Below are positions 1-7,311 of a DNA stretch of 23,199 nucleotides, piece after piece. The stretch comes from Methanobacteriota archaeon. GTDB taxonomy: Archaea; Thermoplasmatota; Thermoplasmata; UBA10834. The stretch lies in assembly GCA_020347645.1 (NCBI GenBank), contig CP070736.1, positions 920,451-943,649 of the forward strand, written 5' to 3'. Under the pieces are notes generated by a model. The model saw nothing but the letters and a program-made list of their open reading frames with translations, did no database searches and had not been told where the DNA came from. Both the position numbers and the translations under genes were made by a program. Every line of letters starts with the position of its first letter. Positions within the stretch are counted from its first letter, which is position 1.

Positions 1-78
1 GACGACGCGGTTGAGGTTGTGCTCCTTGATCATCTCTTTGATCTTTTCCTGCGTGTCCTGCGAGCAGGTGTACAGGTT
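1..78. repeat. Near-identical 78-nt tract shared by two hdrA paralogues (partner at 3833..3910)
   Basis: Positions 1..45 are identical to 3833..3877, and the next ~33 nt differ at about 3 positions. Elsewhere the paralogues are clearly more diverged. Confidence 0.7.
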
Positions 79-1536
79 CTCTCCGGCGTACACCACATTC
101 GGAAGGGTTCTGGCGTACTCGGCCACAGAAGGCACCTTCACGACTCCTCCTATGTTGATTCCGCAGTGGCATACGAAGACGCCTATCCGCGGGTCCTGGT
201 TAGCGATGTCCAACTCATCTGGGTACTCCTTCTTGGTCACCAAAGTGTTTCTAGCCGATGCAATCTCCGCCCCCGCTTTCGCAGCAGCCCCACTAGCTTC
301 CGCGACGGTCATCGGTATGTCCTTCGGCGAGGAGAAGGCACCACTCACAAAGATGCCCTGCCTAGAGGAGCTGACAGGATCCATCAGCCCCGTCTTGCAG
401 AATCCATCCTTGTTAAGTTCGAAACCCATTATTTCGCTAAGCACCTCCGCGTCCTCTGGCGGTTCGAGGCCAACGGCTAGAACGACGAGTCCGAACTCCT
501 CCTCCTTAGGCTCGCCCTTCTCGACATATCTTACGACCAGATTTCTCGTTGCGGGGTCCTCGAAAACCGATGCAACCCTTGATCGCACAAACTCAATGCC
601 ATATTCATTCTGTGCCCTGTTGTAGTACTCGTCGAACTCCTTTCCAAACGCCCTCATGTCCATGAAGAATACCTTGGGTTTGATGTTGCCTCCATGCTCC
701 TTTGCGATTATGGCCTCCTTTATCGAATACATGCAGCAAACACCTGAGCAAAACTCGTTTCCCACTCGTTCATCTCTGGACCCGACGCATTGGATGAACG
801 CCACCTTCTCAGGGATATCGCCATCTGAGGGGCGCAGTACTGTGCCGAAATACGGACCCGTGGCACTCAACATTCTCTCGAACTCTATGCTTGTCACTAC
901 GTTCTTGTAGACGCCGTATCCGTACTCGCCCTTCCGGCGAGCGTCGAACTCGTCGAAGCCCGGCGATAGGATGATCGAACCGACTTTGATTTCTGAGATG
1001 TCTTCCTTTTGGTCATATACGATCGCTTCCGCCTTGCACTCCTCAGCGCATATACCGCAGCCTATGCATTTGTCATGGTCAATAGAGTACACCAGAGGAA
1101 CAGCCTGTGGGTAGCGAACATAGATCGCTTTGCGTATCTTCGTGTTCTCGTTGTATTCATCAGATGTTTCGATGGGACAAGTCTGGGCGCAAGAGCCACA
1201 ACCTGTGCACTTCGCGGCATCGATCCTCAACGCCCTCTGTTTCACGGTGACGGTGAAATTCCCGGCCTGTCCGTCCACCGCCGTGATGTCTGCATTCGTG
1301 ACCAAGGTGATGTTATGATGCCTGCCTGTCGATACGAGCTTTGGCGCCATTATGCACATCGCACAGTCGTTCGTGGGGAAGGTCTTGTCCAGCTGGGCCA
1401 TCGCGCCGCCTATGCTCGGCTGTTTCTCGACCAGATAGACCTTGAAGCCAGAATCGGCCAGATCAAGAGCGGACTGAAGGCCAGATATGCCCCCTCCTAC
1501 TACCATGACTGCACCGATCTTCTCGGTTGTCGCCAT
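1..1536 (-). CDS. hdrA: Heterodisulfide reductase subunit A-like flavoprotein, tandem-type paralogue (N-terminal 512 codons; gene continues past window start)
   Basis: The minus-strand frame is open from the ATG at 1536..1534 to position 1, with no stop, so it is absent from the ORF track. Translation starts MATTEKIGAVMVVGGGISGLQSALDLADSGFKVY (FAD Rossmann GxGxxG). It is followed by an inserted 2x[4Fe-4S] ferredoxin domain (CTGCGSC...CP, CIGCGICAEEC) and a later PRIGVFVCHCGINIG...CSQD...NRVV cysteine-cluster domain. Domain order matches the 1000-aa ORF at 2365..5367. The ATG overlaps the TGA of the upstream mvhD-like gene. Confidence 0.8.
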   Translation of the reverse strand, partial: MATTEKIGAVMVVGGGISGLQSALDLADSGFKVYLVEKQPSIGGAMAQLDKTFPTNDCAMCIMAPKLVSTGRHHNITLVTNADITAVDGQAGNFTVTVKQRALRIDAAKCTGCGSCAQTCPIETSDEYNENTKIRKAIYVRYPQAVPLVYSIDHDKCIGCGICAEECKAEAIVYDQKEDISEIKVGSIILSPGFDEFDARRKGEYGYGVYKNVVTSIEFERMLSATGPYFGTVLRPSDGDIPEKVAFIQCVGSRDERVGNEFCSGVCCMYSIKEAIIAKEHGGNIKPKVFFMDMRAFGKEFDEYYNRAQNEYGIEFVRSRVASVFEDPATRNLVVRYVEKGEPKEEEFGLVVLAVGLEPPEDAEVLSEIMGFELNKDGFCKTGLMDPVSSSRQGIFVSGAFSSPKDIPMTVAEASGAAAKAGAEIASARNTLVTKKEYPDELDIANQDPRIGVFVCHCGINIGGVVKVPSVAEYARTLPNVVYAGENLYTCSQDTQEKIKEMIKEHNLNRVV

Positions 1537-2363
1537 CAGCGCTCATCCCCCGTCGCGACGGTCCTGTAGACCGGTGTGAATCCTTCGGAGTGTTCCATTG
1601 CGATCTTGCTGTTCTGTCTAAGAAGAACGATGTGTTTCAGAATCCTGTCAGTGGGAACGTCCATGACCATTCCCAGCTGCTTGACCGACATCGGCCTTAT
1701 CCCTGCCAACTCAAGAATGAGAGCCCTCTCAAACTCGTCTACCACAGCGGTATCAATGATTCTTCCGAGTTTCTCGGGATCGAGTTTGTCGCCGTACGCG
1801 TTTCCTTTATTGAGAAGGTTGAACTCCTTCCCTATCAGCGCCTTCAATCTGAAAGTCTCTGAGGCGTTGTCGGCGGAAGCGGCCCTGACCTTCATCATAT
1901 CATCCGTGAGCACTCTACTCGTTCCAAGCCTCCGAATCTCCTCGGTGAATTCCGTGACGACCTTTGAGAACTTCTCTCCCTCAGACGCAGAAATCCATTC
2001 CAGTCTCAGGCGCGCCTCTTCGATGCCAGCTTCTCTGAGCAACCTTTTCATCAGGCCCACGCGTTTTTCCGTGTGGAAATTGCCCGTCATGTAATGACAG
2101 TCATTCAAGTGGCATCCCCCGATTAGGACGCCATCCGCACCTGCTTCGAACAAATCGAGTACGAGGTGCGGGCTGACTCTAGCGGAACACATCACTCTGA
2201 CTAGCCGGATGTTCGCAGGATACTGGAACCTGCTGACTCCGCACAGATCTGCGCCGGCGTACGAGCACCAATTGCACAAGAAGCCGACGATCTTCGGTTT
2301 CCTCTCTTTGCTAACGTCGGCCTGTACTTTGACCCCATGAGGAGGCTGATGCTTATCCGTCAT
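1536..2363 (-). CDS. mvhD: MvhD/FlpD-family [2Fe-2S] protein with a ~130-aa Cys-free C-terminal extension of unknown function
   Basis: 275-aa ORF. Residues ~20-145 carry the MvhD hallmarks FLCNWCSYAGADL...VMCSARV...GGCHLNDCHY. The C-terminal third (ALILELAGIRPMSVKQLGMVMDVPTDRILKHIVLLRQNSKIA) has no Cys and looks helical, possibly winged-helix-like. The stop overlaps the ATG of the next hdrA. Confidence 0.8.
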   Translation of the reverse strand: MTDKHQPPHGVKVQADVSKERKPKIVGFLCNWCSYAGADLCGVSRFQYPANIRLVRVMCSARVSPHLVLDLFEAGADGVLIGGCHLNDCHYMTGNFHTEKRVGLMKRLLREAGIEEARLRLEWISASEGEKFSKVVTEFTEEIRRLGTSRVLTDDMMKVRAASADNASETFRLKALIGKEFNLLNKGNAYGDKLDPEKLGRIIDTAVVDEFERALILELAGIRPMSVKQLGMVMDVPTDRILKHIVLLRQNSKIAMEHSEGFTPVYRTVATGDER

Positions 2364-2364
2364 G

Positions 2365-5300
2365 TCACCCCTCCTCCAAGGCTGCTCTGGCCATTGCGAT
2401 GAGTTGTTGGTCGGTGTAATGCGTCATGGTAATGGCTCCTTCAGGACAGGTGGCGCCGCAGCAACCGCAGCCCTTGCAAGCAGCGACGATCACTTCGCTG
2501 ACACCATCGCTATTCTTCCTCAAGGCGCTGAACGGACACACTTCTACACAAGTCCCGCAGCCTGAGCATTTGTCTTCGTCCACGACGCTTACCACACCCT
2601 CAGCCTCAATGGAGGATTTCGACAACACCGTGTTCACCCTGGCAGCGGCTGCCAGGGCCTGCGATATGCTCTCATCGATGAGCCTTGGCGAGTGCGCAAG
2701 GCCGCACAAGTAGATGCCATCCGTTGGGAAATCGACCGGCCGGAGCTTCATGTGGGCCTCCAAGAAGAACCCCTCCTTGTTCAGAGGGACCTTCAGCAGC
2801 TGCGCGAGGGCTTTGTTGTCCGGGTTGGGATGGACAGCAGCGTTGAGCACCAGATAGTCCGGTTTCAGAACGATTCTCTGCTCGATGAACTGCTCATCAA
2901 CATGTATCTCGATATCGTCTCCGTCCGCCTGCACCTTCGGTGGCGTTGAAGGGTCGTACCTGAGGAACTTGACTCCTAGGCGCGCAGCTTCGTTATAGTT
3001 TTCTTCGGAAAATCCGTAGGTTCTTATGTCTCTGAAGAGGACATACACCTCGGTATCGGGGTAGTCCTTCTTGATGCTTAGAGCGTTTGTCATCGCCGTT
3101 GAGCAGCAGATTCTGGAGCAGTTCGGGTGCTCGTCGTTTCGAGATCCGACACATTGGATTGTCACGATGCTTTTTGCATCGAATTTACCACTCGAGAGCA
3201 TGTCCCCTAGAGCAGTTTGCCTTATCACCTTCGGATGTTTGCCATACAGATATTCCGTGGGCTCGTACTCTATGGCCCCAGTCGCTACTACGATTGCGCC
3301 GTGTTCAATCTTCTCTCCATCCTTGAGGGTGCTCTCAAAGTTGCCGATATAGCCCTTGACGTCCTCGACGGTGTTCCCAAGATGAACAGTGATGTTCTCA
3401 TTGTGCAGCACTTCCTTCCTCAAGATGGCGAGGGTCCTCCGCGGGTCCACCCCGGCGAGAGTGCTGTGTATCGTCCTGAGATGTCCGCCAAGTTCTTTGC
3501 CCTTCTCGATTAGATGGACTTCGTATCCGGCCTTCGCAATCTCTAGGGCGGAGGTCATTCCACTTAGCCCTCCCCCGATTACGAGCGCGGCCGGCGTTAC
3601 GGGAATCTTGGGCTGTTGGAGCGCCTCAAGTCTGCTTGCTTTGGCTACCGCCATCCGCACGAGGTCCTTAGCCTTCTCCGTCGCAGCTTCGGGCTCCAGT
3701 CGATGGACCCATGAGCATTGATCTCTGATGTTAGCCATCTCGAACAGATATTTGTTCAGCCCCGCCTCTCTTACTGTGTTCTGGAACAGCGGTTCGTGTG
3801 TTCTCGGTGTGCAGCTAGCGACGACGACGCGGTTGAGGTTGTGCTCCTTGATCATCTCTTTGATCTTCTTCTGCGTGTCCTGAGAGCAGGTGTATGTGTT
3901 TGTCTCCGCGTAGACAACTCCTGGGAGTTTGGATGCGTACTCCATCACCTCCGGAACATTCACGACCGATCCAATGTTGATGCCACAATGACAAACGAAG
4001 ACACCTAGTCGCGGTTCCTGATTCGATAGGTCCATTTCTTCAGGGTATTCCTTCTTCGTAACGAGCTTTCCTCTTTGATCCGAGAGGAGAGCGGCAACTT
4101 TGCCCGCTGCGCCGCTCGCCTGGGCTATCGAGTCTGGGATGTCCTTTGGACCGGAGAACGCCCCACATACGAATATCCCAGGCAATGAACTGTCGACCGG
4201 CGAGAGTTCGTCGGTTTCGCAGAAACCGAACTTGTTGGTCTTGATCTTCAAGATCTCTGCGAGTTTGTGGGACATTTCCGGCGGCTCGGCACCGGCCGAG
4301 AGGACAACCATGTCAAAGGTTTCCTCGGAGATGTCAGCAGCGTCTATGAAGCTCAGAGAGAGATCATGGGTTTCCTTGTTCTGCTGAACTCCCGATATCC
4401 GATTGTTCCTGAAGACCCTGACGCCGTATTCGCTCTCCGCTCTCTGAAGGTACTCTTCGAACTCCTTTCCGAACGCACGTGTGTCCATGAAGAACATAGT
4501 TGTTTCGAGTCCAGGCAGATGCTCCTTGGCAATCACCGCTTGCTTCAGCGCCGCCATGCAACAATATGATGAGCAATAGGAATTGGGGGTCTGAGCGTCT
4601 CTCGATCCCACGCACTGAATGAATGCGATGCTCTTCGGCACATCGCCATCTGAAGGTCTGATGACGTGTCCTTCAGTGGGACCAGAAGCGCTGAGCATCC
4701 TTTCGAATTCGATATTGCTGACCACGTTCGCATAGACTCCATGGCCGTACGCGCTTTTCTTGGATGCATCAAACACTTGGTAGCCTGGAGCAAGGACGAT
4801 TGCGCCAACCTCCATCGTTTCGTCGATTTCAGAGTCCATATCGTATTCGATCGCATTCGCCTCGCAGAATTTCTCACATATGCCGCAACCGATGCACAAG
4901 CCTTTGTCGATAGTGTAGACTAGCGGCACTGCCTGAGGAAAAGGAACATAGATCGCCTTGGCCGGGGCGAGATCCCGTTCAAAGGAGTTTGCACCCTCGA
5001 TGGGACAGTGTTCAGCACAAATCCCACAGCAGGTGCACTTATCCTCGTTGATGAAGCGCTGATGTTTCGTGACCGTTACGCTAAACCTGCCCACTTCCCC
5101 TTCGACTTTCTTCAGCTCGGCGTTCGTAATAAGGGTGATGTTCTCGTGTCTTCCCGTGGCAACCAACTTCGGAGAAAGTATGCACATTGAGCAATCGTTT
5201 GTCGGGAAAGTCTTGTCCAACTGGGCCATCGTCCCTCCGATGCTGGGCGTCGTCTCTAATACGTAGACCTTGTACCCGGATTCCGCGAGGTCCAGTGCGG

Positions 5301-5367
5301 CCTGCATCCCGGCTGGTCCTCCGCCCACGACCAAGACCGCTCCGACAACTTCCTTCTTAGCCATCAT
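2365..5367 (-). CDS. hdrA: 1000-aa HdrA-like flavoprotein with two FAD/thioredoxin-reductase-like modules
   Basis: 1000-aa ORF. It has an N-terminal GGGPAGMQAALDLA FAD motif, an inserted ferredoxin (CTCCGICAEHCP, CIGCGICEKFC) and a central VFVCHCGINIG...CSQD...ASCTPRTHE...DQCSWVH cluster domain. A second Rossmann module follows (ALVIGGGLSGMTSALEIA ... CVGSRN ... CCST), then a C-terminal 2x[4Fe-4S] ferredoxin (CSGCGTCVEVCP, CKGCGCCGATCP). The ATG overlaps the TGA of mvhD (ATGA). Confidence 0.85.
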   Translation of the reverse strand: MMAKKEVVGAVLVVGGGPAGMQAALDLAESGYKVYVLETTPSIGGTMAQLDKTFPTNDCSMCILSPKLVATGRHENITLITNAELKKVEGEVGRFSVTVTKHQRFINEDKCTCCGICAEHCPIEGANSFERDLAPAKAIYVPFPQAVPLVYTIDKGLCIGCGICEKFCEANAIEYDMDSEIDETMEVGAIVLAPGYQVFDASKKSAYGHGVYANVVSNIEFERMLSASGPTEGHVIRPSDGDVPKSIAFIQCVGSRDAQTPNSYCSSYCCMAALKQAVIAKEHLPGLETTMFFMDTRAFGKEFEEYLQRAESEYGVRVFRNNRISGVQQNKETHDLSLSFIDAADISEETFDMVVLSAGAEPPEMSHKLAEILKIKTNKFGFCETDELSPVDSSLPGIFVCGAFSGPKDIPDSIAQASGAAGKVAALLSDQRGKLVTKKEYPEEMDLSNQEPRLGVFVCHCGINIGSVVNVPEVMEYASKLPGVVYAETNTYTCSQDTQKKIKEMIKEHNLNRVVVASCTPRTHEPLFQNTVREAGLNKYLFEMANIRDQCSWVHRLEPEAATEKAKDLVRMAVAKASRLEALQQPKIPVTPAALVIGGGLSGMTSALEIAKAGYEVHLIEKGKELGGHLRTIHSTLAGVDPRRTLAILRKEVLHNENITVHLGNTVEDVKGYIGNFESTLKDGEKIEHGAIVVATGAIEYEPTEYLYGKHPKVIRQTALGDMLSSGKFDAKSIVTIQCVGSRNDEHPNCSRICCSTAMTNALSIKKDYPDTEVYVLFRDIRTYGFSEENYNEAARLGVKFLRYDPSTPPKVQADGDDIEIHVDEQFIEQRIVLKPDYLVLNAAVHPNPDNKALAQLLKVPLNKEGFFLEAHMKLRPVDFPTDGIYLCGLAHSPRLIDESISQALAAAARVNTVLSKSSIEAEGVVSVVDEDKCSGCGTCVEVCPFSALRKNSDGVSEVIVAACKGCGCCGATCPEGAITMTHYTDQQLIAMARAALEEG
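3833..3910. repeat. Partner of the 78-nt hdrA-hdrA identity tract at 1..78
   Basis: See the feature at 1..78. The tract encodes the ...HNLNRVVVASCTPRTHE... segment of the Cys-cluster domain. Confidence 0.7.
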
Positions 5368-5810
5368 TGTGCACTCTCCTCGGAAATCGGACCGAGCGCT
5401 TCTAGTTCCGTCACCATCTGTTTAACAACGTCAGCGAATTTGTGTCCCTCAGAACCTGCAATCCATTCAACTCTGAAGCGTTGTGATTCTATCCCCGCAT
5501 CCTCTATGAACTCTGATAGGAAATCCCCTCTTATCGCAGTCTTCTCGTTGCCGTTTATGTAATGACAGTCGGAGGGATGACATCCAGCGATGATCACGCC
5601 GTCCGCTCCGAGCGAGAATGCTTTGAGCACGAAGGCCGGATCGACCCTGCCGGAACACATAACCCTTATGATCTTGACATTCGTGGGATACTGCAGCCTA
5701 GTTGTTCCTGCCAGGTCTGCGCCCGCATATGAGCACCAATTGCAGCAGAAAGCAACAATCTCTGGATTGTAGGCGGGTCGTTCTTCCCGGAGATTCGGAT
5801 GTCCATCCAT
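5364..5810 (-). CDS. mvhD: Methyl-viologen-reducing hydrogenase delta subunit-like protein (MvhD)
   Basis: 148-aa ORF with FCCNWCSYAGADLAG, RVMCSGRV and AGCHPSDCHY motifs typical of MvhD. Sits immediately upstream of hdrA, with a 4-nt ATGA overlap. Confidence 0.85.
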   Translation of the reverse strand: MDGHPNLREERPAYNPEIVAFCCNWCSYAGADLAGTTRLQYPTNVKIIRVMCSGRVDPAFVLKAFSLGADGVIIAGCHPSDCHYINGNEKTAIRGDFLSEFIEDAGIESQRFRVEWIAGSEGHKFADVVKQMVTELEALGPISEESAQ

Positions 5811-5812
5811 GG

Positions 5813-6730
5813 TTAGGTCCCCCTGAGCTTTCTGATAAACGAGTGTACAGAGACGTGATGCGTGTCAAAGCCGAGCGAGTTCGGATCGACCCCCATCGCG
5901 ATGGCCTGGAACTGGGATATGTGCATCACAGGTATCCCCTCCTTAGTGAAGGATTTCTGCGCGTTGTCAAATTGGAGGAGACAGAATGGACATCCCGTGA
6001 CTATGCAGTCCGCTCCGGCATCTGCGATCTTCCTACACTTGTCCTCAGTAATCGAATTGGCCAGCTCCACTACATGGGACCGAACACCGCCGCCGGCGCC
6101 GCAGCAGTCCAACTTGTCTTCGTATTCGATGCTGGTCGCGCCGCATTTCTCTATGATTAGGTCTATGTTGACCGGGTCGTTCGGGTCGTCAATCGTTTGC
6201 TTCTCGGTTGGTCTCAGGTAGTGGCATCCATAATGCACCGCGGCGCGCACATTGCTGAGGGGCTTCCTCGTCCTCTCTGCAATGGTTTCGAGACCAACAT
6301 CATTGATCATGACATCAACATAGTGTCGTACTTTCACTGGCCCCATCACTCGCCGTCGCCCCTCGGTCTTTGTGGGGATTCCAATGTACTTCCTGCCAAT
6401 CTGGGAGAGCACGCGGTTCACCCTGCCGAGGTTCTTTGGGTCGGCGAGGTTCTCGGTAGCTTTGAGCAATGAGGTGAGACAGCCGTTGCAGACGGTGAGG
6501 ATCTCCCTCCGCTCATTCTGAGCGAGCGTCAGGTTTCGCGCAGCTATAAGCAGCCAAGTCCTTTTGTCAGAGGAGTAGAATATGCCTGGAACGGGACAGC
6601 AGGAAAACTCCTCGATGTCCTCTACATCCAGGTTGAATCCGTCGCTACCGCAAACCCACCTGACAGCGTACTCTATGCCCGGATATCGGTTGGGTATGAC
6701 ACAGCCGAAGAAATAGGCGTACTGCGTCAC
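5813..6730 (-). CDS. hdrB: Heterodisulfide reductase subunit B (two CCG domains)
   Basis: 305-aa ORF beginning [18 protein letters not shown]. Contains both cysteine-rich CCG signatures (CCPVPG...C...CNGC and CCGAGGG...CPFC). The start codon is GTG and overlaps the hdrC stop (GTGA). Confidence 0.9.
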   Translation of the reverse strand: MTQYAYFFGCVIPNRYPGIEYAVRWVCGSDGFNLDVEDIEEFSCCPVPGIFYSSDKRTWLLIAARNLTLAQNERREILTVCNGCLTSLLKATENLADPKNLGRVNRVLSQIGRKYIGIPTKTEGRRRVMGPVKVRHYVDVMINDVGLETIAERTRKPLSNVRAAVHYGCHYLRPTEKQTIDDPNDPVNIDLIIEKCGATSIEYEDKLDCCGAGGGVRSHVVELANSITEDKCRKIADAGADCIVTGCPFCLLQFDNAQKSFTKEGIPVMHISQFQAIAMGVDPNSLGFDTHHVSVHSFIRKLRGT

Positions 6731-7311
6731 CCCCTCACCTCACTCTCTATGCCTATGAGCCTGTCATAGCCCGTGGAACGAACCAGCAGGTTAATCTCAC
6801 GTACGACTTTCGCGTATCCTCGAGTGCGCGACGGCATGTCTTCCAGGTCGAGCTCCCTCCTGACTCGCTCAATCTCAGAGTCAGGTTTGACGCTTTGGCC
6901 GTACTCGACGAGGTTTGTCGCAGCCAACTTGATGAAGGGTGGTATGACACCCTCCTTTATTGCCATGTGTCTGAGCGCTATCATCACTTCAGCAGGGTTT
7001 ATGTCGGCAGGGCAGTATTCATAACACCTGTAGCAGGTAGCACAGACCCACCTCATCTCAAGCGTGAACTTCTTAAGCCCAAACTGACAGAATTTGATTA
7101 TGCTTCTGGTCTTGTAGTCAATCTTGAGACTTATTGGACAGACGCCCGTGCAATTCCCGCATTGGAGACAAGTCATCACATCTTTGCCTCCATGCTTCAC
7201 GATTTCTTTGGCGAAATTCGGTTCAAGGTGCGACTCATCAATGATTTTGTCCTCGGCCAACTTCTCATGAAGGCCGCCTATGAATGTCTTCTCTACTTCT
7301 CCCATGATCAT
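6727..7311 (-). CDS. hdrC: Heterodisulfide reductase subunit C (2x[4Fe-4S] ferredoxin)
   Basis: 194-aa ORF with [12 protein letters not shown] and [12 protein letters not shown] motifs. The ATG overlaps the hdrA TGA (ATGA). Confidence 0.9.
   Translation of the reverse strand: MIMGEVEKTFIGGLHEKLAEDKIIDESHLEPNFAKEIVKHGGKDVMTCLQCGNCTGVCPISLKIDYKTRSIIKFCQFGLKKFTLEMRWVCATCYRCYEYCPADINPAEVMIALRHMAIKEGVIPPFIKLAATNLVEYGQSVKPDSEIERVRRELDLEDMPSRTRGYAKVVREINLLVRSTGYDRLIGIESEVRG

Noticed and set aside
11-5266. Numerous plus-strand ORFs of 60-200 aa overlapping the hdr/mvhD genes (for example 11..625, 1009..1569, 1576..2094, 3389..3721, 4100..4387)
   Set aside because: They lie antisense to long minus-strand ORFs with unambiguous Hdr/MvhD motifs. 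The proteins are low-complexity, Ser/Arg/Pro-rich, and lack start context, as expected from GC-rich antisense frames. The near-identical pair 19..480 and 3718..4008 only reflects the hdrA-hdrA identity tract.
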